Source: Candidatus Hydrogenedentota bacterium
GTDB taxonomy: Bacteria > Hydrogenedentota > Hydrogenedentia > Hydrogenedentales > JAEUWI01
Length of the DNA stretch: 64,000 bases
NCBI GenBank assembly: GCA_034669905.1
Contig: JAXMOL010000017.1
Span: forward strand, 1-64,000
Direction: 5' to 3'
Positions 9,372-19,067 of the stretch are shown here, one piece after another (the first letter of the stretch is position 1; every line of letters begins with the position of its first letter). The position numbers and the translations under genes are program-made. Under the pieces are notes generated by a model. The model did no database searches and was not told where the DNA came from. It saw only the letters and a program-made list of their open reading frames with translations.

Positions 9372-10322
9372 ATGGATAAGAAGGAAGCGAAGACCCGTTT
9401 TGCAAAGGCCGATAAGCTCTTCATCCATGGTCGCTATGAAGACGCCCTTGCCGAGCTGGACGCTATCGAAGGGTACTATCCCGACAATCACCGCATTCTG
9501 AACGCCCAGGCACGGACCCTCGAACGCCTGCAGCAATACGAACGCGCCCTTACCATCTGTGACCGCCTGCTCAACGAATTTCAGTATGAAAAGGTGCGAC
9601 CGCTGCGGGAAAACATCGCGGTCGCCCAGCGCAACGTGCCCCCGCCCCTCCCGAAATCGCGCCCGGCGCCTCCCGCACCCGGAAGTGCGCCGAACCAGGA
9701 AGGAAGTCCCATGGACGAACCCGTGTCACGCTTCAAGATCAAACCCATTCGCCTCATCATCCTCGTCGCCCTGTGCGCGGGGATGTATCTGGGCTATGTC
9801 CCCCTTTGGCTGGGCGCGGGGCTCATCGTCTTCTACTTTGTGGCGAAATTCCTGATTGGCGCTGCCTTCCGAAAGCTTTTTGCCGCGCCCTTTAAGATGA
9901 AGGGGAAAGCACTGGCGGGGGCCACCTGTGTCCTCCACGGATTCGAATGGACGGAAAAACCCGCGGACGGCGACTGGAGCGACGACGAGGAAGAGGCGGA
10001 ACCGGCGCCCGACCTGCGTTATGTCTGGCTGGATCTGACGATCACCCCCCAGGAAAAGAGTGAGGGTTTCGTGTATTGGGAACCGGGAGAGTTGATGCTG
10101 GTACCTTCCGACAAGGTCATCAAGGGGCTGGAGGATCTTGAGGATTGTTTCCAGGTGGATGATGTAAAACTGGTGCACGACGGTCAGGTATCGGATGATG
10201 AAGACGGTAAGTATGCCGGACCTCAGCGGGTCAAACTACTCGCTGGCATCCCGCAGGACACGCACCATTTTTGCCTCCAGTATTACTTCGAGCAATTTGG
10301 CGACATCCAGTTGAGTGGCTGA
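9372..10322 (+). CDS. hypothetical membrane protein (N-terminal TPR, Pro-rich linker, two TM helices, acidic beta-rich C-domain)
   Basis: TPR-like helices (GRYEDALAEL..ARTLERLQQYERAL), PPPLPKSRPAPPAP, hydrophobic hairpin. Confidence 0.75.
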   Translation: MDKKEAKTRFAKADKLFIHGRYEDALAELDAIEGYYPDNHRILNAQARTLERLQQYERALTICDRLLNEFQYEKVRPLRENIAVAQRNVPPPLPKSRPAPPAPGSAPNQEGSPMDEPVSRFKIKPIRLIILVALCAGMYLGYVPLWLGAGLIVFYFVAKFLIGAAFRKLFAAPFKMKGKALAGATCVLHGFEWTEKPADGDWSDDEEEAEPAPDLRYVWLDLTITPQEKSEGFVYWEPGELMLVPSDKVIKGLEDLEDCFQVDDVKLVHDGQVSDDEDGKYAGPQRVKLLAGIPQDTHHFCLQYYFEQFGDIQLSG

Positions 10323-10644
10323 GCGTTGGCGCTTGTCTACTAATTACCTGCACCGGCTCGCCGTTTTCGGTATCGGTCGGACAGGGCCTTTCCTCAAGGA
10401 GGCCTCCCGGTTCCGGTCGCAGTAAGACCGCGCGCCCCCCTCCTCTCCACCATTATCCCCTGTAAAAACGGGCCAATCGGGCTTTCCAGGAAATGTATCG
10501 GGCCCCGCGACCGCCCGCACGCGCGGTGGGCCACCTCCCCTTATGGGCCCTCACCTCTTCCCCCGCTCCCTACCGCTTTTTTTTTACCCACCCCCTGTGG
10601 TACCGTGATAAAAAAACAATAGTACAAAAACTATAGGCAATGCT

Positions 10645-11715
10645 ATGGCACAGAAAACCTCCGGTCGGTATACCATTCATGACATCGCGCACGAACTGGG
10701 CGTTTCTGCACGTACCGTAAGTCGTGTGCTGAATAATCAGGCAGGCGTGGGCAAGTCCACCCGGGCACGGGTACAGGAGTTTATTCGGGCGGTAAATTTT
10801 CACCCCCACTCTGGTGCCCGCAGTCTGCGGCGTCAGCGACTCGATTGCATCGGGGTGGCCGTCACCGCGCCGCCCAACCTGATTCCCGTCAGCAACGATG
10901 TACTCACCTGGCTCTTTTTTGAGTTGAACCGTATCTTCAAGGCGGGTGAGTTCATCGGGTTTGATATGAATCCTCCCCTTCGCGACGGCCACTATGACTA
11001 CGCACGGGGGGTCAACGAGCAGCGCTTTGGTGCCTGTGTGGTGGCCGGTCCCCTGCGGGTGAATGACCCCATCGTCCAGCGTATCCATGATGCCGGCTGC
11101 CCCTACATGGCCATGGGACGACTGGACAGTTTTCCCGATGTCTCCTGCGCCACAGTGGACTATGAAGAGGCCGCCTACATCAGCACGAAATTTCTGATCG
11201 ACAAGGGGCACACCCGCATCGGAATGTTGAAGGGACTCGAAGGCTACCAACCGGGTGTGGAGCGTGATCGGGGATATCAACGGGCCCTCGATGAGGCGGG
11301 AATTCCCTTTGACGAGGCGCTGGTCCGCCCCACTAATTTTGATTCGGACAATAATGTGCGCATCACGCACCGGCTGCTGCATGATCGGGACATCACCGGT
11401 CTTGTGGAATGCAGCGGCACGGAAGATGGCTCCAGCATCCGGGAAGGTGCGCGAAGAGCGGGCCGTATGCCGGGCGAGAATCTCGATATTGTGGAGTGGA
11501 CCTACACCTACAAGGCGTCGGTCGTTTCCGAGGCGGCGGCCCACGTGTGGCTTCCCCTGCGTGAAGCGGGCTCAGAAGGCCTGGAACTCCTCGCCGACTG
11601 GTTTTACGAACGGCGTTCCGATCCCTTTCAGGTCCTCTATCGCCCCATACTGTACGAAACACCCCACGATGGCGATGTCGAACCGCCCCGCCCGGTATTC
11701 AGCGTGAATCCCTGA
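10645..11715 (+). CDS. LacI family transcriptional regulator
   Basis: TIHDIAHELGVSARTVSRVLN HTH; C-terminal periplasmic-binding-type fold (GHTRIGML). Confidence 0.93.
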   Translation: MAQKTSGRYTIHDIAHELGVSARTVSRVLNNQAGVGKSTRARVQEFIRAVNFHPHSGARSLRRQRLDCIGVAVTAPPNLIPVSNDVLTWLFFELNRIFKAGEFIGFDMNPPLRDGHYDYARGVNEQRFGACVVAGPLRVNDPIVQRIHDAGCPYMAMGRLDSFPDVSCATVDYEEAAYISTKFLIDKGHTRIGMLKGLEGYQPGVERDRGYQRALDEAGIPFDEALVRPTNFDSDNNVRITHRLLHDRDITGLVECSGTEDGSSIREGARRAGRMPGENLDIVEWTYTYKASVVSEAAAHVWLPLREAGSEGLELLADWFYERRSDPFQVLYRPILYETPHDGDVEPPRPVFSVNP

Positions 11716-11725
11716 ACGGGTCGGC

Positions 11726-12619
11726 CTATGCCCGCGGATGAAACTTCTGGTGGGCCTCTCGCTGGCGTGCCACACTGACGTAGGTGTAAATCTGGGTTGT
11801 GCTGATATCGGCGTGACCGAGCAATTCCTGCACCGCGCGCAAATCGGCCCCATGGTCCAGCAGGTGGGTGGCGAAACTGTGGCGCAGCATGTGGGGCGTC
11901 ACATTACGGCTGATGCCGGCGGCCCGGACCCAGTGTTTCACCACGCGCCATACCGCCCCCCGATTCAGCCGCTTTCCTTTGGCATTGAGGAACACGGTCT
12001 CGTCGGCGATGACACCCGATGCACGGAGTGAGAGCCACGCGCGCACGCAGGATTGGGCGCGACGCCCCAGGGGCACGAGCCGCACTTTACTCCCCTTGCC
12101 ACGAACCCGCAACACGCCTTCTTCCAAATCGAGGTTGCTGACGGGCAGATTGGCCAATTCCGATATGCGCAATCCGCACGAATAGAAGAGTTCGAGAATC
12201 GCCGTATCGCGAACACCGTGGGGCGCTTCCGGGTCCTTCCCCGGCGCGGCCAGAAGGCGTTCCACTTCTTCCGGTCCCAGGCTATGGGGCAGCAAGCGGG
12301 CCAGGCGGGGCGTTTCAATCCCCTCCGCCGGATCGCCGGGTGCCAACTGTTCTTCCCGGGCGAATTGATGAAAGCGCCGAATGGCACTGAGATGACGGGC
12401 CAATGAGCGGGCCTGAAGTCCGGAGGCAATCAGCCCCCCCAGGTGATCGAGGACATCTTCCCGGGCCACCTCTTCCACCTGCTCGATTCCATTTTGTGAA
12501 AGAAACGCAAGATAGCGGCGGAGGTCGGCGCCATAGGCGGACAGGGTCGCTTCGGAGAGTCCGGCTTCGAAAACGGCCATCTGCAGGTAGCGATCTAATG
12601 CGGTATCGAGGGTGGTCAT
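11726..12619 (-). CDS. xerD: site-specific tyrosine recombinase XerD
   Basis: ELFYSCGLRISEL, GKGSKVRLVP, TPHMLRHSFATHLL, LLGHADISTTQIYT; no mobile-element context. Confidence 0.88.
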   Translation of the reverse strand: MTTLDTALDRYLQMAVFEAGLSEATLSAYGADLRRYLAFLSQNGIEQVEEVAREDVLDHLGGLIASGLQARSLARHLSAIRRFHQFAREEQLAPGDPAEGIETPRLARLLPHSLGPEEVERLLAAPGKDPEAPHGVRDTAILELFYSCGLRISELANLPVSNLDLEEGVLRVRGKGSKVRLVPLGRRAQSCVRAWLSLRASGVIADETVFLNAKGKRLNRGAVWRVVKHWVRAAGISRNVTPHMLRHSFATHLLDHGADLRAVQELLGHADISTTQIYTYVSVARQREAHQKFHPRA

Positions 12620-12721
12620 GATAGCTTCATGATAGCACAGGCCGCACATCACCCCCCATTCTTCCGCGACCATAGTCGCCGCACTTTATCGGGCACCGAT
12701 CAATCCGTATACTCTCATTCC

Positions 12722-13573
12722 ATGAGCGACACCCCCGACCCAACACCCCGCGTTTCCGTCATCATTCCTTCCTGGGATGGCCACCGGGACGGGTGCGTCC
12801 CCCGCCTTCTGGCCAGTGTGGAACGACAGACGTTTACGGACTTCGAGACCATCGTGGTCAAAGGGGTTTCCCCCCAGGGCAAGGCCATCAACCAGGGTGC
12901 GGCACAGGCCCGGGGCGAGATCTTGCTTATACTGGACGACGACAGCGAGTTGGCCGACGCGCATGTCTTTGAGCGCATCCTGAAGACAATCGATGAGGAC
13001 CCGCGCATCGGCATGGCCGGAGCCAGTATCGTGATTTTCCCGGACTCCAATCCCTTCCAGCAGAAGGCGGCACTTCAGTTTCCCCGCTTTCACACGCCGG
13101 TTGTGGATGAAACGACGGACAGCGATTTGGCCTGCCACGGCTGCTGCGCCATCCCGGCCGCGGTTTTCCATGCGGTAGGCCGGGAGCGGGAAGACATCTT
13201 GCGCGGCCTTGACCCCGACCTCCGGGTTCGGCTTCGCGCTGCGGGCTATCGGGTGGTCCTCGCCGCCCAGGCCCGAATCTATCACCCCCTTCCGGGAAGC
13301 TGGCCCAAGTTGCTCCGCATCTTTTTTCGCAATGGCTTCGGCTCGGCCTATGCCTACAAGTTCCAACCGGAAAGCGTCTATGAAACCCATGAGTCCCTCC
13401 ATGACGCAGACTTCGAGCCACGGACGTCGCTGCCCTATCGCATTGCCCGCTTCCCCCTTCGCCTGCTCAAGGCCCTCGGCAGTGGGCAACAGATGCGCTT
13501 CGCGGCCTACAGCAGCTATGCCCTCGGGTATGCCTGGGGCCTGATCACCGCGCGCAAGCTTTCCCATGGCTAG
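12722..13573 (+). CDS. glycosyltransferase family 2
   Basis: VSVIIPSW, ILLILDDDS (DxD), IYHP. Confidence 0.88.
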   Translation: MSDTPDPTPRVSVIIPSWDGHRDGCVPRLLASVERQTFTDFETIVVKGVSPQGKAINQGAAQARGEILLILDDDSELADAHVFERILKTIDEDPRIGMAGASIVIFPDSNPFQQKAALQFPRFHTPVVDETTDSDLACHGCCAIPAAVFHAVGREREDILRGLDPDLRVRLRAAGYRVVLAAQARIYHPLPGSWPKLLRIFFRNGFGSAYAYKFQPESVYETHESLHDADFEPRTSLPYRIARFPLRLLKALGSGQQMRFAAYSSYALGYAWGLITARKLSHG

Positions 13574-14402
13574 GGGACAACGTCTCAAGAATGGGCTCAA
13601 GCGGGGCATCCGGTCGACCATGCGTTTGTGGGGCCCCTGCCTGAGCAGCGCGCGCCGCCCCACCTCGCGGATTCTCACCTACCACAGCATCGGCCACCGA
13701 CGTTATGAAATGAACGTCACGCCCGAGGATTTCGCGCGCCAGATGGCGTGGCTGGCCGATTCCCACGAGGTCATCTCGTTGGATGCGGCCGCGGCGGGAA
13801 AACCCGGGGTGGCCCTCACCTTCGACGATGGCTATGCCGACAACCTGCACCATGCGGCGCCCGTTTTGGCGAAACACGGCTTCCCGGCGACCATCTTCGT
13901 CGTCTCCGGCCACCTTGGGGGCACCCTGCCTTTTGAGCAGGAGCCGGAAAGCGGCCGGTTAATGACTCCAGAGGAGCTTCGGGAAGCGGTGGCAGCGGGC
14001 ATCCAGATAGGGGCCCACACGGTGCACCACCCCCGTCTTGCCACCCTGCCACTGGAAGCCCAGGAACGGGAAATTGTGGATTCCAGGCAAGCCCTGGAGA
14101 CCCTTCTGGAGGCGCCGATAACTGCCTTTGCCTATCCCTACGGAGCGGCCCCGGATTTCACGGCGGCGACGGAAGCACTGGTCGCGGCGGCGGGCTTTCA
14201 CTATGCCTGCGCCAACCAGTATGGGCACAACACACCCGTCCGCAACCGCTGGGCACTACGCCGCATCTGGATAGACAGTTCGGACAATCTGGCTTCCTTC
14301 GCCGACAAGGTATCGGGCCGTCTGGACGGGCTTTCCCTGCAGGACAGCGCCCTTGGCATTCGGTTTCGGCGGCTCTTGAATCGGGGGCTGGGCACGCGCT
14401 GA
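13566..14402 (+). CDS. polysaccharide deacetylase (CE4/NodB)
   Basis: ILTYHSI, LTFDDGY, GAHTVHHPRL, FAYPYG. Confidence 0.92.
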   Translation: MARGQRLKNGLKRGIRSTMRLWGPCLSSARRPTSRILTYHSIGHRRYEMNVTPEDFARQMAWLADSHEVISLDAAAAGKPGVALTFDDGYADNLHHAAPVLAKHGFPATIFVVSGHLGGTLPFEQEPESGRLMTPEELREAVAAGIQIGAHTVHHPRLATLPLEAQEREIVDSRQALETLLEAPITAFAYPYGAAPDFTAATEALVAAAGFHYACANQYGHNTPVRNRWALRRIWIDSSDNLASFADKVSGRLDGLSLQDSALGIRFRRLLNRGLGTR

Positions 14403-14415
14403 GCAAGAATAACGA

Positions 14416-14448
14416 CGGCGGGCCGCCCGGGATAAGGCAGGCCCGCCG
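14416..14448 (+). terminator. GC-rich hairpin after the deacetylase (possible terminator, no U tract)
   Basis: CGGCGGGCC-GCC...GGC-A-GGCCCGCCG. Confidence 0.4.
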
Positions 14449-14626
14449 CCACGGTGACAGCGCGACACCGAATGGGAGATGGAATGGGATTCACCTCTGC
14501 AGGAAGTAACGCAGAGAATACCCCGGGTGATGACAAGAATTTGTCGAAAGTTGTCAGGAAGTCCCACCTGAAGCAAGATATGCTGTATCTAACTCAAAAC
14601 AAAAGTCTTATCTCTATCATCACCGC

Positions 14627-14655
14627 TTGCGCCACCTTGGACCCTATGCTATACT
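14627..14655 (+). promoter_or_regulatory. putative sigma70 promoter of the fliM-fliY-fliA operon
   Basis: TTGCGC-17 nt-TATACT with extended TG, in an AT-richer intergenic region. Confidence 0.6.
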
Positions 14656-14703
14656 CGCTTCACAATTGCGGGACCTAAACAGGCGTTTGGACAAAGGGTT
14701 AGC

Positions 14704-15687
14704 ATGGCCGACATTCTCAGCCAGGACGAAGTCGATCTACTTCTGGGTGCCGTCTCAGAAGGCGACATCGGCGAGGCCGAACAGGGTGCGCAGTCCGAAC
14801 AGGATGTGAGCCTGTCGCCCTACGATTTCCGCCGGCCCGAGCGCGTTTCCAAAGAGCAGCTCAAGGGGCTCCAGAGCCTCTTTGAAGCCTTTTCCCGGGA
14901 AGTCAGTATCATCTTCCCCCCGTTTCTGCGCACAGTCGTCCGTGTGGACCTTACTTCCATCGATCAGTTGACCTACGACGAGTTCATCCTTTCGGTGGCA
15001 CGGCCCACGGCCCTGTCTATCATCGACATGGCCCCCCTGGAAGGGACGGCGGTCATAGAAATGAGCCCTTCGATGGTTTTTCCCATCGTCGACCGGGTGC
15101 TCGGCGGAAAAGGCATGACCCTGCCGGAACCCCGCGAATTGACCGAGATTGAGAACCGGATCATCCAGCGTATTGTGATGATGATTCTGGACAGTCTCCG
15201 CCGTTCCTGGGAACAACTCATCGAGTTCCGCCTGAGCGTTCTCCAACAGGAGAGCGATCCCCTGATCGTTCAGATCGTGGCCGGCAGTGAAATGGTCATT
15301 CTCGTCGGCTATGAAGTGCATATCGGGGAAACGGTGGGCACGATGAATTTCTGTATCCCCCTGCTGGTCCTCAATCCCATCCTCGATCTGATCTCCCAGC
15401 AGGCCCACTTCTCCCGTCGGATGAGTGATGATGTGGCAGAAATGACCCGGAACGCGATCAAGACACAGCTTCTGCGCAGCCGGATACCCGTGGATGCCAT
15501 ACTGGGCCGTGCCCGGGTTTCGGTCAGCGATGTGGCCACCCTTTCCGTGGGCGATGTGATCCAATTGGACAGTTCCCCCCATTCCCCCTTGCTGGTTGAG
15601 GTGGGTGGGCGTCCCAAGTTTCATGCCTCGCCGGGCCGCCGCCGCGAAAACAGCGCCGTACAACTGTTAGACTTTTACCGGGAGTAA
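14704..15687 (+). CDS. fliM: flagellar motor switch protein FliM
   Basis: N-terminal ILSQDEVDLLL, YDFRRPERVSKEQL, DQLTYDEFI, RELTEIE, C-terminal SPOA domain. Confidence 0.96.
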   Translation: MADILSQDEVDLLLGAVSEGDIGEAEQGAQSEQDVSLSPYDFRRPERVSKEQLKGLQSLFEAFSREVSIIFPPFLRTVVRVDLTSIDQLTYDEFILSVARPTALSIIDMAPLEGTAVIEMSPSMVFPIVDRVLGGKGMTLPEPRELTEIENRIIQRIVMMILDSLRRSWEQLIEFRLSVLQQESDPLIVQIVAGSEMVILVGYEVHIGETVGTMNFCIPLLVLNPILDLISQQAHFSRRMSDDVAEMTRNAIKTQLLRSRIPVDAILGRARVSVSDVATLSVGDVIQLDSSPHSPLLVEVGGRPKFHASPGRRRENSAVQLLDFYRE

Positions 15688-15697
15688 CCGACGCTAT

Positions 15698-16645
15698 ATG
15701 AATCCGATCGCTGCTAACATCGTGGGAACGGGCCTGCTCAAGGGCGCCTTTGACGTCCTTGACGCCATGCTGAGTTGTTCCTTCCAATTCGAACTCGCTG
15801 AGGGAGAAGCCATTACAGCCGATGGCCTTGCCCTGCGGCTGTCGGAGTTCCCGGTCACCTTGCAGGCCACCATTCAAGGGGATTTGGGCGCTGTGGCGCT
15901 GCTACTCAACGTCCACACCGCCGCCCAGGTGGCGGCGCTGATTCAAGAGCAGGAATTCACGGCCGCGGAGGCCCTCAGCGATGATGATCGTTCCATGCTC
16001 AAGGAAATCGCTGACCCGGCACTCGGAGGCGGGGTCACCCACCTGCTGGAACAATTCGGACGCGATGCCGCCCCCCTGGAAAATGTTGAACTGGCGGACA
16101 CGGGCGCGGATCACGGCACGGCCCTGATGGAACTGCTCGGAGCGGACGGAAGTCTGGTCCCCTTCACCTTTACCAACAACGCCGACATATCCGGTGCCGG
16201 GGTGATTCTCTTCAGCCACCCCTTAGAAAGTCTGGTTCCCGAAGAGCAGCTGGTTGCGCCCAAATCCGGGCTGGCCACCGAGGCGGAATTAAGTCCCGAT
16301 GAAATGAACGACATTCTCAGCGGTTTTGGTGGCGAGATGGCCCCGGCAGACGATGACTACCGGGGCGGCACTCGGGCAGCCGCGCCCGAAAACCTGGACA
16401 TGGTCCTGGACATCGGGCTCGTGGCCACCGCGCGGTTAGGCCGGGTGGAAATGCCGATATCAGAGATCCTCAATCTTGGTCCGGGGTCGATTGTGGAGGT
16501 TGCCCACCTGGTGGATGAGCCGGTGGACCTCCTTGTAAATGGAAAACTTATCGCACGGGGCGACGTGGTCGTTGTAGACGAGAAGTTTGGCCTTCGCATC
16601 ACGGAGATCATCAGTACCCGTGCGCGTATAGAGAGTTTGCGTTGA
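15698..16645 (+). CDS. fliY: FliY-like C-ring protein (degenerate CheC-like N-domain plus FliN domain)
   Basis: C-terminal NLDMVLDI...LVNGKLIARGDVVVVDEKFGLRITEI; about 230-aa N-terminal extension; follows fliM. Confidence 0.75.
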   Translation: MNPIAANIVGTGLLKGAFDVLDAMLSCSFQFELAEGEAITADGLALRLSEFPVTLQATIQGDLGAVALLLNVHTAAQVAALIQEQEFTAAEALSDDDRSMLKEIADPALGGGVTHLLEQFGRDAAPLENVELADTGADHGTALMELLGADGSLVPFTFTNNADISGAGVILFSHPLESLVPEEQLVAPKSGLATEAELSPDEMNDILSGFGGEMAPADDDYRGGTRAAAPENLDMVLDIGLVATARLGRVEMPISEILNLGPGSIVEVAHLVDEPVDLLVNGKLIARGDVVVVDEKFGLRITEIISTRARIESLR

Positions 16646-17400
16646 CAGAAGAAGACGAAAAAGAGTACTGGCGCCTCTTTAAAGAGGATGGCAAATCCAC
16701 AGCCCGAGACCAGCTCATCCTGCATCACATGCGTATCGTGAAGTATATTGCGGGACGTATGGCCATCCACGTGCCCAGCAATGTGGAGATGGATGATCTG
16801 GTAGGTTGGGGATGCATCGGCCTCATGGATGCGGTGGAAAAATATGATCACACCCAGGAGATCAAGTTTTCCACCTACGCCTCGATCCGAATTCGCGGCG
16901 CCATTATCGATCAGATTCGGTCCCTCGATTGGGCGCCCCGCTCGCTCCGCACTATGGCGCGCAAGGTCGGTGCTGCCCGCGAAAAGCTCCGTCATGCGGA
17001 AGGACGCGAACCCTCTACGGATGCCATCGCCGACGAAGTCGGCACGACTCCGGAACATGTGGAAGAGACCATGGCCCAATTGCAGACGGCCCAGGTCCTT
17101 TCACTGGATGACTACATCCCCTCTGAAGACAGCGGAGAAACCCGCAAGGTGGAGATGATTGGCTCCAACAGCGCGCCCCACCCGGCCCAGGCGGCCGAAA
17201 ATCAGGAGCGCAAGGAGCTGTTGGTGCAGGCCATCCTTAATTTGCCCGATCAGCAGCAGAAAGTGTTAAACTTATATTACTATGAAGAGTTGACGCTCAA
17301 AGAGATTGGGCTCGTGCTCAGTGTGTCCGAATCTCGCATTTGCCAGATTCACAGCGCGGCCATGAAAAAATTGCGAAAGGCGGTCAACGAAAACGCGTAA
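16642..17400 (+). CDS. fliA: flagellar sigma factor sigma28 (FliA/WhiG)
   Basis: KFSTYASIRIRGAIIDQIRSLDWAPRS, LYYYEELTLKEIG, SESRICQIHS; TTG start overlaps the upstream stop. Confidence 0.95.
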   Translation: MTEEDEKEYWRLFKEDGKSTARDQLILHHMRIVKYIAGRMAIHVPSNVEMDDLVGWGCIGLMDAVEKYDHTQEIKFSTYASIRIRGAIIDQIRSLDWAPRSLRTMARKVGAAREKLRHAEGREPSTDAIADEVGTTPEHVEETMAQLQTAQVLSLDDYIPSEDSGETRKVEMIGSNSAPHPAQAAENQERKELLVQAILNLPDQQQKVLNLYYYEELTLKEIGLVLSVSESRICQIHSAAMKKLRKAVNENA

Positions 17401-17423
17401 ATCGCCTGCGCCGGGAAGGTGTC

Positions 17424-17768
17424 ATGCCCCAACCCATTGACCCTCAGACGGAATTAGGACGGGCCTCCGCTGCCGAACGGATCCAGCAGATTGCTGACCG
17501 GACGTCGCTGGCGGCCCAGGCGCGGGTCGCTTCGGAGTCGGCCAGTGGGCAACGGGCCGCCGAAACGCAGGTACAACACACCTCCCCGAAAAACGACGAA
17601 GTTGATCGGGAGCTTCGCCGACGCAATCCTTTTGTAGGAAAACGTCGCAAACGGGAACAAGGCAGCGGTCAGGGCAAGAATCAGCGCTCCATGCAGTTTT
17701 ACAATGCATCGGAAAAGGAAGTCCTCGCCGACGATCCGCAGGCCCACGACTTTGACGTAGAAATCTAA
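17424..17768 (+). CDS. hypothetical protein in flagellar operon
   Basis: Co-directional ORF after fliA with GGAAGG RBS; low-complexity sequence ending in HDFDVEI. Confidence 0.65.
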   Translation: MPQPIDPQTELGRASAAERIQQIADRTSLAAQARVASESASGQRAAETQVQHTSPKNDEVDRELRRRNPFVGKRRKREQGSGQGKNQRSMQFYNASEKEVLADDPQAHDFDVEI

Positions 17769-17809
17769 TCCCATGCGGTATTACGGCTACAGATTAACCC
17801 CCCTGAAGG

Positions 17810-19054
17810 TTGGAGGAGCGGGCCATGCTTGACACGATTGCCCAGGCCCTCGGCAACCCGGTGGCACTCCTTTTCTTCGCCATCGCCCTGGCGTTCCTCG
17901 CGATCGCCCTGGCGCTGGTCGTCGTACTGCACCAACGGGAGAAGAAAGCAGACCTCCGCCTGAAACAGGCCCGCGCCGACATTACGGACATGACGATATT
18001 GTTTCAGACGATGCGGGATATTATCGGGCAACAGAAGAAACTGGCAAAAGAATTCAATGTCGAATTAGAACACAAGATGGGGCAGGTTAAGCACATCCTC
18101 AATCAGGGCATGGAGAAAAACAAGCAGCTCTACGAGAAACAACTGCGAATCGCCCAAGAGCTTGAAGAGGCCCAGGCGCAAATCGACGGCATCTTTCGCC
18201 AAATGGCCCGCACGGGCGACGGCGCAGGTTTCTCCAGTCTGCCCGCTGAAGCCCCCCGTCACCGGTCCACCGCGCCCTTGAGCGAACCCCGGCGACGGGA
18301 GGATGTACTTCCGACGCGGTCGGAAACGCCTGCCCCCTCCTCCGTCACGCCCCCGAAACCGGCACCACGGCCGACGTCGCCTATCGATTCACTGCGTGCC
18401 GCACCGCGCACAGAAACACCGCTCAAGAAGCCGGCTCCCGAACGTCCCTCCAGTGCCCCGGCAAACGCCATCCAGTCGAACGGGGCACCGATCGGGAAGA
18501 GCATTCTGGACACGGTTCGGCCCGCGCCGCGCCCCAGCGCGCCCAAAACGCCCGCACCGGAAGCGACCAAGGAAGCGGACAAGCTGGAAGATACGGGTGT
18601 GACCAAGTCGTCCTTTACTTCGTGGGTCGCCGAAGACTTCAGCGCGCCCGCTCCCCCCAAAAAAGAAGCCCGCGAAGTTCACGCGCCTGGGAACGCAGCC
18701 CCCACCCCTCCCCGAGAGACGCCGCGCGCACCCCGGGAGGAAGAGGAGCCTGCACCGAAGAACGGCGACGCCGCGCGGGAAGCCTTTCGCGCCTTGTTGA
18801 ACATCCCATCGGAAGCCCCAACATCCCGTGGGGGGCTCGATCTGCCGGGCCAAATGGCTTCCATGGCCGACCTGAGTCCCACGGATGAATCGCAGGATTT
18901 CGCGCAAGACCCGGCCAACATGCAGCAACGGGTCTTGGAATATAGTGATGCGGGCATGACGGTCGCCGAAGTTTCCCGCGAGTTGGGCATTGGAAAAGGG
19001 GAGGTGCGCCTCATGCTCAGCCTCGCCAAGCAGGGCGCGTCGCCGAATGGCTGA
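17810..19054 (+). CDS. SwrB/YlxL-like (DUF6115-type) membrane protein with coiled coil, Pro-rich linker and C-terminal HTH
   Basis: N-terminal TM, coiled coil, long P/A/S/T linker, GMTVAEVSRELGIGKGEVRLMLSL; downstream of sigma28 as for Bacillus ylxL; start may be ATG 17825. Confidence 0.7.
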   Translation: MEERAMLDTIAQALGNPVALLFFAIALAFLAIALALVVVLHQREKKADLRLKQARADITDMTILFQTMRDIIGQQKKLAKEFNVELEHKMGQVKHILNQGMEKNKQLYEKQLRIAQELEEAQAQIDGIFRQMARTGDGAGFSSLPAEAPRHRSTAPLSEPRRREDVLPTRSETPAPSSVTPPKPAPRPTSPIDSLRAAPRTETPLKKPAPERPSSAPANAIQSNGAPIGKSILDTVRPAPRPSAPKTPAPEATKEADKLEDTGVTKSSFTSWVAEDFSAPAPPKKEAREVHAPGNAAPTPPRETPRAPREEEEPAPKNGDAAREAFRALLNIPSEAPTSRGGLDLPGQMASMADLSPTDESQDFAQDPANMQQRVLEYSDAGMTVAEVSRELGIGKGEVRLMLSLAKQGASPNG

Positions 19055-19067
19055 GCCCCGTCCCTGA

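Noticed and set aside
10577..10585. T9 tract upstream of the LacI gene as a terminator or phase-variable promoter
   Set aside because: No adjacent strong hairpin or clear promoter spacing could be assigned.
11726..12619. Tyrosine recombinase as a prophage/ICE integrase
   Set aside because: Sequence is typical of chromosomal XerD; no att site, tRNA or mobile cargo nearby.
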